Positions 10,139 through 19,538 of a DNA stretch of 64,000 bases are shown piece by piece (positions within the stretch are counted from its first letter, which is position 1; every line of letters starts with the position of its first letter). Below the pieces are notes generated by a model, which was not told where the DNA came from, did not search any database, and was given only the letters and a program-made list of their open reading frames with translations. Position numbers and translations under genes: made by a program. Location: NCBI GenBank assembly GCA_963715195.1, contig CAVQRT010000003.1, forward strand, positions 224,001-288,000. The letters run 5' to 3'. The stretch comes from Thermodesulfovibrionales bacterium. GTDB taxonomy: Bacteria > Nitrospirota > Thermodesulfovibrionia > Thermodesulfovibrionales > SM23-35.

Positions 10139-10998
10139 TTTAAATTATGAGGGTCCCATATCATCCGTGCCCTCCTGTCAGCCCAGCAGGAAACCGATAC
10201 ATCAACGAAATACGATGCCGGATGTCTGTGGTTGATTCCAATCTTGACTGCAAGGGCCGTTGTCCTGCCGCCAAGCCCGATTGTTCCGATGCCGAGTGAA
10301 TTTATGTCATCCCGGATCCTTTTCTCGAACCTCGCCAAAACAGAATAGTGGTTCTGATCGTCGAGTCTCCGGAAGAGTTGCTCCTTTGAAAGTCTCGTGA
10401 CCTGATCCTTTGTCGCCCCGACCCCCACACCGACAACATAAGGAGGACACCCTCTCCCCTGTGCTTTTTGTATCGTATCAAGAACGCATTTCCGCACGCC
10501 GTCCAGATCCCTTTCCGCTTTTAATTCTGCAATTGGTAATTTGTACATCTGCCCGATATTTTCAGAACCAGAACCTTTCAGCATGAGGTCGATCATAAGA
10601 CGCCTGCCTTTTGTCTCATCGGCATATATGACAGGAAATCCGATACCGGTATTGTCTCCGGAATTCCTCTCTGTAATGATATCGACTGCGTTTGGCCTCA
10701 GGGGAATTTCCCGTGTCGCAATCCTCGTTGCCTTTACGACCGTATTCTTTATCTCAAGGTGACTGACCCCCGCAGGTGCTCTTATGAAGAAAACGGGGAC
10801 TCCCGTATCCTGGCAAATCGGCCGTCCGGTCTTCATCGCTGAGCGGATATTCTCAAGGATAACAGAGAGTGCGAGGGCTGCATGTGATCCTTTTCGTTCC
10901 TGCGGGCAGAGATTTCGAAGTGCAGACGTAATATCCGAGGGAAGAGTCGTAGCGGCCGTTCTGTATAGTTCAACTATGGCGTTGCGCAGATGAATCAT
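10120..10998 (-). CDS. Fe-S hydro-lyase (fumarate hydratase/tartrate dehydratase) alpha subunit
   Basis: PICQDTG, LKGSGSEN, GCPP, GLGGRTT, CWADR. Confidence 0.9.
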   Translation of the reverse strand: MIHLRNAIVELYRTAATTLPSDITSALRNLCPQERKGSHAALALSVILENIRSAMKTGRPICQDTGVPVFFIRAPAGVSHLEIKNTVVKATRIATREIPLRPNAVDIITERNSGDNTGIGFPVIYADETKGRRLMIDLMLKGSGSENIGQMYKLPIAELKAERDLDGVRKCVLDTIQKAQGRGCPPYVVGVGVGATKDQVTRLSKEQLFRRLDDQNHYSVLARFEKRIRDDINSLGIGTIGLGGRTTALAVKIGINHRHPASYFVDVSVSCWADRRARMIWDPHNLKCSIRN

Positions 10999-11017
10999 GA
11001 ACTACTATATCATGCTG

Positions 11018-11722
11018 CTAAGAAAATATCCTGAACAGGAGGAATGTCACCGACGCTCCCATGAGGCCGCCCAGCAAAACTTCCAAAACCGTATGCGCCC
11101 TTGTTCCCACCCTGCTCTGTGCAACAAAAACTGCAAAGGCGAATGTGAGCATTGATGCGACGAAATTCTCTGTAATATAAGTTGTGGCAACCCATGCTGA
11201 AAAAGCGAGTGCAGAATGTCCGCTCGGCATTCCGCCCCGCAGGGGAAGGCCTTTTCCGAAATATGCCTTTGTGATAACGACCAGAATTAGTACAATAACA
11301 ATTGCGATGAGTGCGATCTCTTCCTTTGTATGCTTCGAAATGGAGATTCCCGCATGAAAGGCATTTCTCAGATAAGGGAACAGGATAATATAGCCGATTA
11401 CCGCCACACCGAATGCCGTGACAAACACAGCACCTGCGGAGATATCCTTTGCAACCCGTGCTTTTTCACTCTGCTCCGGTGATACCATGTCGACTAAGGC
11501 CTCTATCGCCGTGTTGAACATTTCGGCCAGCAGAACCGCAATGACCGACAGAGCGATAATAAGAAACTCCGTGCGCGATACCCCGAGCACGTAACTCAGG
11601 AGAAGGACCGCTGACGCACTGAAATAATGATACCGCAGATGCCTCTGCGTTTTGGCGGCATGCAGTATGCCTTCTATTGCGAAATTAGCGCTTCTCCACC
11701 ACTGCCTGAAGGGCATCTGCAT
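11018..11722 (-). CDS. Diacylglycerol/undecaprenol kinase fused to a PAP2 domain
   Basis: EMFNTAIEALVD, AKDISAGAV; C-terminal GGMPSGHSA..SRV...H. Confidence 0.85.
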   Translation of the reverse strand: MQMPFRQWWRSANFAIEGILHAAKTQRHLRYHYFSASAVLLLSYVLGVSRTEFLIIALSVIAVLLAEMFNTAIEALVDMVSPEQSEKARVAKDISAGAVFVTAFGVAVIGYIILFPYLRNAFHAGISISKHTKEEIALIAIVIVLILVVITKAYFGKGLPLRGGMPSGHSALAFSAWVATTYITENFVASMLTFAFAVFVAQSRVGTRAHTVLEVLLGGLMGASVTFLLFRIFS

Positions 11723-12864
11723 TATCCTCCCTGAGTTAAGATGCCTGCGAGCTCCCTGATGAGGACCGTATTTTCGCGATGTGATTTCACGGAAATTCCC
11801 ATATATGAGCTGTCAAGCCCTGCAAAATCGGTGAAGTCGCGGACAAGGATGCCCCTGCCCCTCAGACGGCGGCAGGTTTCGGACGCAGCAGCTGTTTGTA
11901 TCAGATAGAAATTCGCATCCGACGGGGAAAAAGCAATCCCCAGTTTCCTGAAACTCTTCTCAAGGTAAGCTTTTTCCCGCTGTATCACTTTCATTGATTC
12001 TTTCCGGTAGGCCTTGTCTTTCAGGGCCGCTAACGCGGCTCTCTGTGCGAGGCTGTTGACCATCCAGGGCATTTTGTCATCCCGTAACCGCGCGATACAC
12101 TGGATAGGCGAAACAGCATATCCAAACCGTATTCCTGCAAGGCCATACGAATAAGACATTGATCTCAGGACGAAAAGATACGGGTTGTCAGCGACTGCTT
12201 CTGTCATCGAATTGCCGGGATTGAAATCGATATGTGCCTCGTCGACGACAAGATAACATCTAAGGTCTCTGGCAGCGTCAGCAATCTTTCTCACAGCCTG
12301 CTTCTCCAGGAATCGCCCGGTAGGATTATTGGGATTACAGAGAAAAGCCATGTCAAAAGGCTCTGAGGATTGATTCATTTCCACCTGCTTCCCTTTTGCA
12401 TCGGGAAATGAGGGGGCATTTGGCAGTTTTCCTGCTATTGCCTGAATAAATTCATCGGGATCCAAATCGAAATTCTGTTCCCTTTTTAACCCATACCGCA
12501 CAACTTTTGCATCGCCGCTCATTCTGCACGCTCTTTCATACACTGAACATGTTGGTGCAGGCACAAGAACTTTCTGTGGACTCAATGCCTTTGCTGTCAG
12601 GTAAATAATCTCTGTGCTTCCGTTGCCACACAGTATCGTTTCAGGATCAACGGCATGAAATTGTCCGAGTCTTTTTCTTATCCGTTTTGTGTCAGAATCA
12701 GGATAACGGTGCAGATATTTCAGATGTTTCCGCATCTCGGCTTTGACCTTTTTGGATACTCCGAGGGGGTTAACCGGAACGCTGAAATCCATTATCCTTC
12801 TTTCCGGAATATGCAATTCATCCGCTATCCGGTAGATATTGTCGTCGTATTCAGGCTGATTCAC
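11722..12864 (-). CDS. CobD/HisC-like class I PLP-fold protein lacking the catalytic lysine
   Basis: DFSVPVNPLG, YPD, GNGSTE, CNPNNPTG, VDEA; RSMSYSYGLAGIRFG has Tyr at the Lys position. Confidence 0.8.
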   Translation of the reverse strand: MNQPEYDDNIYRIADELHIPERRIMDFSVPVNPLGVSKKVKAEMRKHLKYLHRYPDSDTKRIRKRLGQFHAVDPETILCGNGSTEIIYLTAKALSPQKVLVPAPTCSVYERACRMSGDAKVVRYGLKREQNFDLDPDEFIQAIAGKLPNAPSFPDAKGKQVEMNQSSEPFDMAFLCNPNNPTGRFLEKQAVRKIADAARDLRCYLVVDEAHIDFNPGNSMTEAVADNPYLFVLRSMSYSYGLAGIRFGYAVSPIQCIARLRDDKMPWMVNSLAQRAALAALKDKAYRKESMKVIQREKAYLEKSFRKLGIAFSPSDANFYLIQTAAASETCRRLRGRGILVRDFTDFAGLDSSYMGISVKSHRENTVLIRELAGILTQGG

Positions 12865-12954
12865 GAAATTCCCTTTCCCTGCCCACTACTTTTTTACCAT
12901 TAAGTATACTCTATACCATCACTGTGTTAAACTACCGTATACTTCGAATCCTCC

Positions 12955-13629
12955 ATGAGTTCCTTGAAAATATCCAAAGAAAACCAGCAGCGCATCCGGC
13001 AATTACAGAAGATCTACAGGGCGAAGAAAAAGGAGATTACCTGTCGCCTCGGAGAATTTTCGGAATGCCTGAAAGAGAAAGATGAGATCGGAATATTCAG
13101 CGAGCTGGCATTCTGTCTTCTGACACCGCAATCAAAGGCTCAATGCTGCTGGAATGCCATCCGGACAATCGACCGCCAAAATCTCCTTCTTTCAGGGACT
13201 GAAGATGATATAAAAGGGACGTTGCGCCGCGTCAGATTCCATAACAAGAAAGCCCGGTACGTTGTCGGAGCGCGGGAGCAGTTCCGGAACAACAAGGGAC
13301 TTGCCATAAAAACTGTACTGAAAAATTTCTCTGACGTTTACGAGTGCAGGGAATGGTTGGTGAAAAATATTGCGGGACTTGGCTACAAGGAGGCAAGCCA
13401 TTTTCTGAGAAACATCGGAATTGGGAACAATATCGCAATCCTGGACAGGCATATCCTGAGGAACCTGGTTCAGTTCAGTGTCATTCGGGAAATTCCCCCA
13501 TCTCTCGGCAAAGCGCAGTATCTGCAGATCGAGGAAAAAATGTCGGCGTTTGCACGTGAGATACGAATCCCCCTCGCTCACCTCGATCTGCTGCTGTGGT
13601 TCAAGGAGACAGGAGAAATTTTCAAGTAA
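12955..13629 (+). CDS. ogg: N-glycosylase/DNA lyase (8-oxoguanine glycosylase, archaeal/Thermotoga type)
   Basis: ELAFCLLT, RFHNKKA, GLGYKEASHFLRNIG, AILDRHILR, LDLLLW. Confidence 0.85.
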   Translation: MSSLKISKENQQRIRQLQKIYRAKKKEITCRLGEFSECLKEKDEIGIFSELAFCLLTPQSKAQCCWNAIRTIDRQNLLLSGTEDDIKGTLRRVRFHNKKARYVVGAREQFRNNKGLAIKTVLKNFSDVYECREWLVKNIAGLGYKEASHFLRNIGIGNNIAILDRHILRNLVQFSVIREIPPSLGKAQYLQIEEKMSAFAREIRIPLAHLDLLLWFKETGEIFK

Positions 13630-13635
13630 AGTAAT

Positions 13636-15942
13636 CTATATCGTGCCTTCGAGCACGACTTCCCGGTAGCCGACAAGAAACTTCTTTCTCAGCACTTGAA
13701 TAGTGAACTGCTCCCCCCTCTTCTTATCAAGCATAAAAATTTTCACGTCATCGATTCCCTCAATCTTCCAATCGTCGAGAGAGACGAGGATATCGCCTTT
13801 TTTGAGTCCGGTACTCTTTGCAATACTGCCCGGCACCACCTTTTCAATTTGAACATATCCATCGTGCTCATTCAGGATGACGCCCAGTTTAAGCGTTGTC
13901 GGGGGGGCAAGCGGTTCAGATGTAACCAGGTAATCTGCTACATTACCGTCGAGAAATTCTCTGCCGGGGAGGATAATAACGTAATCTTTCTTATTCAAAC
14001 GGTATGCCCGTTGCGGGATACCGGAGCCATACATGAGGTGTCCGGCTCCGGCCAGGACAACCATCTGATAGTCGGGATGTTTACTGAGGAATTCATCAAT
14101 GGCCTGCGCCATAGTCTCATCCCAGAGTATCTGGGACTGATAAAAATTGTCGAAATTTTTGTTCTCATGATTCCGGTGCTGTTTGAAAACGTCTTCGAGT
14201 CTCTTCCGGTATTCCTCATCCGACATGTCCATCGAGGCTGGCAACTCTGCCCGCTCTATATCAGTCAGGCTGTCGAGACCACTTGTTGAGACTTTTTTTA
14301 TTATTTCTGTCCAAAGGTTGAGCGCTATAACAGGGATGTTTTTTGCCTTCGCGTATTCGATAATCTCCCTGTACAGATTGTAATCGAACTGCCATCTCTT
14401 GAAGTATTGCGTTTTCTTCAGAAATTCCCTTTCACTGAGTGCCCCTGAAAGGTAGTCATCCAAGTCTTTCTGGAAGGGCTTTTGAAACATCTCCATTCCT
14501 ATAGCAAAGGTATGGCCTCTTTCATGCAGATTCATGATTATTCTCAACTGAGTTTTGTGATCCTCATAATTGACGTGGCGCTCACCGGCATAAATGATCG
14601 TCTTGTCCAGGATGGTATCAAAATCATCCTCCAGCCTTCCTAACTTAGCAGGCTGGATTGTCAGCACCGGTTCGTAAACATTAACGGATATTCCCCGTGC
14701 AGCCTCATCAGCAATTCTCTCAATATATCTGCCATTACTGAATCTGATACGAGAATACCTGGCCGATTGTTGTAACGCTTCAGGAGATGGAATATTCTCC
14801 TTTGTATCTGCATGCGCGATAGCGATGACTTTTGATGCGTTCAGGGGATTTTTTCGTATGGACAGTGTGAATCCGGTTGCCGGCATACGGATATTGCCGA
14901 AGAGTCTTTTTACCACCCGCCCCTCGGATTCGAAAATGAGCAGGGAGTGAGATCTGATGTCCTCGTCTTTTATTTCGCTTTCTCCCTGCACAGGAAATCC
15001 GGTCTGTTTCAGTGCATCAATGAAACCACGGTATTTTTCGCTATCCTCGTCTGGGATGACCAGGAGTTTTTTCTCGTCTCCGAGAAATCCGGATAGCAAA
15101 GGGGGTGATTCCTCAGGCAACAGCTTCCGCATAACAGCATAGTCGCTGTCAAAGAGTAGCTCCATCGGAGTCCCTTCAACAGGCAGAGCAAAATGCTCCT
15201 TTTCCTTTTCGAGATGTAACATCTGCCTCACTTCTCCCCTGTCAGTCCTGACTATCACCGGCAGATCGAATCTGTACGCTTCCCCTTTCTGTACAATGTC
15301 GAAAGAGACGGCCTGCACTCCGTTGACCACCGCAACCCTTTCATCTTCAATTTCGAACTCGGGCAAACCCTTCCGATCAACCCACTGACTGAAGAACCAT
15401 TCAAGGTTATTACCCGAGGCGTTTTCGAATGCTGCTCTGACGTCAGACCATGATATCCGGGAGTATTCGTTCTCCTTGATCAGGCTTTTCACAGCATCGA
15501 AAAATATCCCGTCACCAACGTTCTCTCTCAGCATATGGAACAGCATGGCTCCCTTTCCGTTGCAGATAGCTTTTGATAGTTCATCATCGCCATGCTTGCA
15601 CTCTTTGAGAGAAAATTCTTTTTCAGCCATAACATAATGTTGATAATCTAACAGGAGATTTTTCCTGTAGTGCCAACCCTCACCTCTTCTTTCTGCCTGC
15701 ATGTGATCTGTGAGATAAAAAAATAAACCGGCAGGATGATCCCCTTTTACCGCTTCTTTCTCATCAGAACCACCGATCCATGACTGAAGCATGTTCTGGA
15801 ATTCGGTTGACGCGCTTGCCCGCAAATCTCCCCCGGCAATATCAGATGAAACCGCAAGGCCGGAACCGGAGGACCCCTGCGATACCTGAGAAGTCGACGC
15901 TAAAAGAAAAGCTGAGAGAAGAATGAAAACATGAACTTTCAT
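13636..15942 (-). CDS. Secreted fusion: degenerate M1-peptidase-like region, ChaN domain and PDZ domain
   Basis: Signal peptide; KGAMLFHML..FFSQWV; YAGERH..H..Q..IGMEMF..Q.LWDETMA..LAGAGH..G.GIP; C-terminal PDZ (GSIA..GLKKGD). Confidence 0.75.
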   Translation of the reverse strand: MKVHVFILLSAFLLASTSQVSQGSSGSGLAVSSDIAGGDLRASASTEFQNMLQSWIGGSDEKEAVKGDHPAGLFFYLTDHMQAERRGEGWHYRKNLLLDYQHYVMAEKEFSLKECKHGDDELSKAICNGKGAMLFHMLRENVGDGIFFDAVKSLIKENEYSRISWSDVRAAFENASGNNLEWFFSQWVDRKGLPEFEIEDERVAVVNGVQAVSFDIVQKGEAYRFDLPVIVRTDRGEVRQMLHLEKEKEHFALPVEGTPMELLFDSDYAVMRKLLPEESPPLLSGFLGDEKKLLVIPDEDSEKYRGFIDALKQTGFPVQGESEIKDEDIRSHSLLIFESEGRVVKRLFGNIRMPATGFTLSIRKNPLNASKVIAIAHADTKENIPSPEALQQSARYSRIRFSNGRYIERIADEAARGISVNVYEPVLTIQPAKLGRLEDDFDTILDKTIIYAGERHVNYEDHKTQLRIIMNLHERGHTFAIGMEMFQKPFQKDLDDYLSGALSEREFLKKTQYFKRWQFDYNLYREIIEYAKAKNIPVIALNLWTEIIKKVSTSGLDSLTDIERAELPASMDMSDEEYRKRLEDVFKQHRNHENKNFDNFYQSQILWDETMAQAIDEFLSKHPDYQMVVLAGAGHLMYGSGIPQRAYRLNKKDYVIILPGREFLDGNVADYLVTSEPLAPPTTLKLGVILNEHDGYVQIEKVVPGSIAKSTGLKKGDILVSLDDWKIEGIDDVKIFMLDKKRGEQFTIQVLRKKFLVGYREVVLEGTI

Positions 15943-15976
15943 TGTATGTATTTATAGTAACGGTTCTTGAACCATA

Positions 15977-16004
15977 TTGACAATCTTCCAAAATGATTTA
16001 CAAT
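15977..16004 (+). promoter_or_regulatory. Sigma70 promoter, probable leaderless start at 16011
   Basis: TTGACA-16 bp-TACAAT, 6 nt before ATG 16011. Confidence 0.55.
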
Positions 16005-16010
16005 GAAACT

Positions 16011-16586
16011 ATGAAGCAACTCGGCATGATTTTGCCAATTCTTTTTCTCGTCTTGGTATGTTCGTGCGCACCCGTCCTGAGGCAGGAAATCATGGATGCG
16101 AGCATAAAAGAGTTTTCCCTCTCAGATATGAAAAAAAATCCCGAGGCATATGAGAAAAATCTGTTCATCCTCGGTGGAATAATCATTGATACAAAGGCAA
16201 CGTCTGAAGGCTCCCTGATCGAAGCGCTTTATGTACCTGTAGACTCACGGGGATATCTGAAAAATATCGGGATATTTCAGACCAGGTTTCTTGCGTTATT
16301 CCCAAAGGAAAGCGGTTTTCTGGACCCTATTATCTTCAAACGGGACAGGGAGATAACGTGTGCCGGAGAATTTCAAGGGTTACGCGAGGGTAGGATAGAG
16401 GAAATGGAATATACCTATCCGTTCTTCATCATCAAGGAACTGTATCTGTGGGCCGAGAGAAGAGAATATTATAACTGGCCCTACTATTACGAACCGTATC
16501 CTTACTGGTGGGATTACCCTCACCAGTGGTACGGTAGTCCCTACTGGGGGTGGCGGCACCGTGTTCCACCCCCTTACTGGTGGTAA
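16011..16586 (+). CDS. Slp family outer-membrane lipoprotein
   Basis: Lipobox VCSC; GG.I, RFLA, FLDP, G.I.E..YTYP; Y/W/P-rich tail. Confidence 0.8.
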   Translation: MKQLGMILPILFLVLVCSCAPVLRQEIMDASIKEFSLSDMKKNPEAYEKNLFILGGIIIDTKATSEGSLIEALYVPVDSRGYLKNIGIFQTRFLALFPKESGFLDPIIFKRDREITCAGEFQGLREGRIEEMEYTYPFFIIKELYLWAERREYYNWPYYYEPYPYWWDYPHQWYGSPYWGWRHRVPPPYWW

Positions 16587-16621
16587 TATATCGCAAAAGC
16601 AGTCTATGAAGGAGGTGCAGA

Positions 16622-16852
16622 ATGGCAAGGGTTTATATGCTGGCAAATCTTACAGCCGGCAAAGAAAATTTCGTGCGAGACACCTTGCGGGGAACCAAAG
16701 GAGTAGTCCAGGCAGATATCATCACAGGTGCATATGACCTCATCGCAATCCTCGAAGCGAAGGAAATGAATGATATCTTCAGCAAGATTCTGAAGGATAT
16801 CCGGCAAATAAAGGGGTTGACAAGGACCGAAACATTTGTGGCGATTGAATAA
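16622..16852 (+). CDS. Stand-alone Lrp/AsnC ligand-binding domain
   Basis: ITGAYDLIA...IRQIKGLTRTET; AGGAGG SD. Confidence 0.85.
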   Translation: MARVYMLANLTAGKENFVRDTLRGTKGVVQADIITGAYDLIAILEAKEMNDIFSKILKDIRQIKGLTRTETFVAIE

Positions 16853-17010
16853 TAAAAAAGGCTGTTCCTGCGTAATTGCTTATACAATCTTCAATAGAAA
16901 ATGTTTGCCGAGGACATTCTGCTGCAAAAATCCGTGGTTCTCAATATAAGAAAGGGATAGTTTGTGTTTGTGCATTCTGCGCGCATGATTAAACAGGAAA
17001 GGGGCAGATC

Positions 17011-17448
17011 ATGAAATGGTGTTATGGAGTTATCATTGCAGTAATTCTTTTTTCAGGAGTTAATGCATATTCGCAAAATGCTGATTCTATCGTAGGTGAA
17101 TGGTACACGGAAGAAGAGCGGTCTGTCGTGGAAATTTCCCGGTGCGACAATCTTTACTGCGGTAAAATTATATGGCTGAAATCTCCAAAGGACGAAGCCG
17201 GGAAGGACAAGGTTGATACAAAAAATCCCGACGAGACCATGAGGGGCAGGCCGCTTTTGGGACTTCCGCTCTTGACAGACTTCACATATAAGGGCAACAA
17301 CAAATGGGAAGGCGGAAAAATCTATGACCCGAAAAATGGGAAAACATACTCCTGCAAGATGACACTTGAGGGAAACACCTTGAAGGTGAGGGGATTCGTA
17401 GGCTTTTCACTCTTGGGCAGAACAACTATCTGGACAAAGAAACTATAG
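17011..17448 (+). CDS. DUF2147 family secreted protein
   Basis: G.W.T, CGKIIWL, D..NPD, GKIYDPKNGKTY, LKVRGFVG..LLGRT..W. Confidence 0.88.
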   Translation: MKWCYGVIIAVILFSGVNAYSQNADSIVGEWYTEEERSVVEISRCDNLYCGKIIWLKSPKDEAGKDKVDTKNPDETMRGRPLLGLPLLTDFTYKGNNKWEGGKIYDPKNGKTYSCKMTLEGNTLKVRGFVGFSLLGRTTIWTKKL

Positions 17449-17540
17449 TTTGAATATGCTTATGCTTTTCGCCTTGGCATGCCATCCTTAGGAAACTTAA
17501 AAATATCTCAAAATCAAAATTTCATAATAATCTCCTGCTG

Positions 17541-17615
17541 TGTCATTCCGGCTTGTCCGGAATCTTTCTTTATTTTCAGAAGGATTCCCGACGCGCTATG
17601 CTTGCGGGAATGACA
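17541..17615. repeat. GTCATTCC-type palindromic REP-like element
   Basis: TGTCATTCCGGCTTGTCCGGAATC...GATTCCCG..CGGGAATGACA; exact inverted 24-mer at 34280-34303. Confidence 0.8.
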
Positions 17616-17761
17616 GTTTTAAAGCGACACCCTATTTTGAGGTTCACATGTTGTTGAACAGTTCGGTTAGTTTGTTATGTTTATGCTATGGTACATTCGG
17701 ATGTTAACTAAAAACAGTCTGTTGCGTTGCTCGTCATCTCCTTCATATTCATTAAGAAAAT

Positions 17762-17804
17762 TTCATATTCTGTTCATCTTGTTTTCATTTTCATCTGATA
17801 TTCT
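17762..17804 (+). promoter_or_regulatory. PhoB/OmpR-geometry promoter
   Basis: TTCAT at 17762, 17773 and 17784 (11-bp period), 10-bp gap, TATTCT -10. Confidence 0.55.
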
Positions 17805-17858
17805 TTTATATTTTCCATCTTGTGGAAAAGAGCAATTTTGCGAGGAAGGGGATATATC

Positions 17859-18083
17859 ATGGTCAGAAACATCGTAAGTAGAGCAATGTTTAAATGCTGC
17901 GTATGCGGTCAACCCATAGCATTTGGCCTCAGGTGCTTTCAGTCATTGGATAAACCTATGGATCATTATCACACAAGTTGTTATGAGAAAACAGCTATGA
18001 ACAGAATTGAACCCGCATATCAAGAGGGGAAAAGATCTGTTAGATATGCACGGAACTTCCTCTCTCGAATATTCGGAGGTTGA
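17859..18083 (+). CDS. Small putative Zn-binding protein (CxxC...HxxC)
   Basis: GAGGAAGGGG SD; CCVCGQPI...YHTSC. Confidence 0.6.
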   Translation: MVRNIVSRAMFKCCVCGQPIAFGLRCFQSLDKPMDHYHTSCYEKTAMNRIEPAYQEGKRSVRYARNFLSRIFGG

Positions 18084-18604
18084 TGGGGAGATATAGATTT
18101 TGTGTTCGATACATTTGGATGTCTCATTTCGACTAGGGTCAAAGGAACACCCCTTTTCCTGTTCGCCTGCCCTGTCTAACTCCTGAGTAATATTATTAAG
18201 ACAGGCGATTGGTACGCTATCCCCCCGTCCTTCGGAGGATATTCTTCCTTCTCAAAAACCTTCTGCCTTACTTCTAACAAAATATCAAAAAAACAACCCG
18301 AAACAAGCTTAAAGGATTTACTGGCGTGGATATTACATAGTAGTGAGATTTGTTTTTTCGCCGTACTTGTGATATCACATCTCACATTTATGTGAGATGT
18401 CAACAGAACCGCAAAAATGTTGATTTGCACAGTTTGCGAGCTTTCTTCAGAAATAACAGATGATGAGGTATAATGAACCATGACAGAAATATCCGTGAAG
18501 CACATGACTGAAGCCTTTCCAGGGAATATCTGCAAAGCTGATCCAACAAACTACACCTCGATTATTTATAATGACCTCACATTCTTTTCTTTCCGGTAAA
18601 AAGC

Positions 18605-19144
18605 ATGGTATGCCCTTCCCGGTTTTCCTTTGTCCTGTATAACCCCATCAGAAAAGCTTTTACAGACAGGACCAACGTCATCGCTTTGTCAGGTGTTACT
18701 CCCGATTCTGTTGTTTTGGAAGTCGGGGCCGGGAACGGTTTCCTGACAGAAACCCTTGCCGAACATGCTCTGAAGGTTTATGCCCTGGAGTTACAGAAAG
18801 GAATGGTGAACAAGCTACAAAAAAGGGTTCATCGTTTTGGTGATAAGGTAGAGATTATCTGTGATGATATTGCCGCATACAAAGTACAGGAAGCGTTTGC
18901 AGATATATGCCTCATGTATTACAGCTTCCACGAAGTCGGCAACAAGCCCGAGGCGGCCGGGAATATAAGCAATGCAGTAAAAGGAAACGGATTGATTTCC
19001 ATCTTTGAGCCGACCATAGAGGTTACACAAGCAGGCATGAAGGAGACGATTCACTTATTCAAACGCATGGGTTTTGTGGAAGAAATAGACAGGAACGGCT
19101 TTTTCACAAGATTTGCGAGGTTAAGGAAGTCTGTGAAGGCATGA
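18605..19144 (+). CDS. Class I SAM-dependent methyltransferase
   Basis: VLEVGAGNG motif I; FHEV. Confidence 0.85.
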   Translation: MVCPSRFSFVLYNPIRKAFTDRTNVIALSGVTPDSVVLEVGAGNGFLTETLAEHALKVYALELQKGMVNKLQKRVHRFGDKVEIICDDIAAYKVQEAFADICLMYYSFHEVGNKPEAAGNISNAVKGNGLISIFEPTIEVTQAGMKETIHLFKRMGFVEEIDRNGFFTRFARLRKSVKA

Positions 19145-19250
19145 CCTTTTTGCAAGGCTTTCATACAGCAGGACAGGGCAATGCCACTTTTGAAGTCTTC
19201 AGGATTTAGGTATTGTTTGCAATCCTTTTCTTTATCAACAGCATGGAGAA

Positions 19251-19280
19251 TTGACATAATTCTTATACTCTATCTATACT
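19251..19280 (+). promoter_or_regulatory. thiC promoter
   Basis: TTGACA-18 bp-TATACT immediately before the riboswitch. Confidence 0.6.
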
Positions 19281-19287
19281 GTAATTG

Positions 19288-19380
19288 TACCCTGGGGGAG
19301 GCTGAACAGCCTGAGAATCTCCGTAAGACTGCGGAAGAGACCCCTCGAACCTGATACGGGTAATGCCGTCGGAGGGAATG
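19288..19380 (+). ncRNA. TPP riboswitch
   Basis: GGGG..CTGAGA..ACCC..GAACCTGAT..GGTAATGCC..CGGAGGGA upstream of thiC. Confidence 0.93.
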
Positions 19381-19389
19381 GGAGGTTAG

Positions 19390-19453
19390 CCGTATCTCTT
19401 ACCGCCCTTTTTTCGGATCAGCGGGGCTGTTTGGGATGCGGTTTTTTGTTTTA
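19390..19453 (+). terminator. Riboswitch expression-platform terminator
   Basis: CCGTATCTC...GGGATGCGG stem followed by a T-run. Confidence 0.6.
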
Positions 19454-19538
19454 TGAACGTGACGATGACAGGAAGACAAATTTTCTTTTTACGGATTAAT
19501 ACAGTGGAAACTGCACACAACTCTGTGAGGTTCATTCA

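Noticed and set aside
18176..18535. 119-aa minus-strand ORF
   Set aside because: No RBS or motif; it runs through palindromic regulatory-like sequence.
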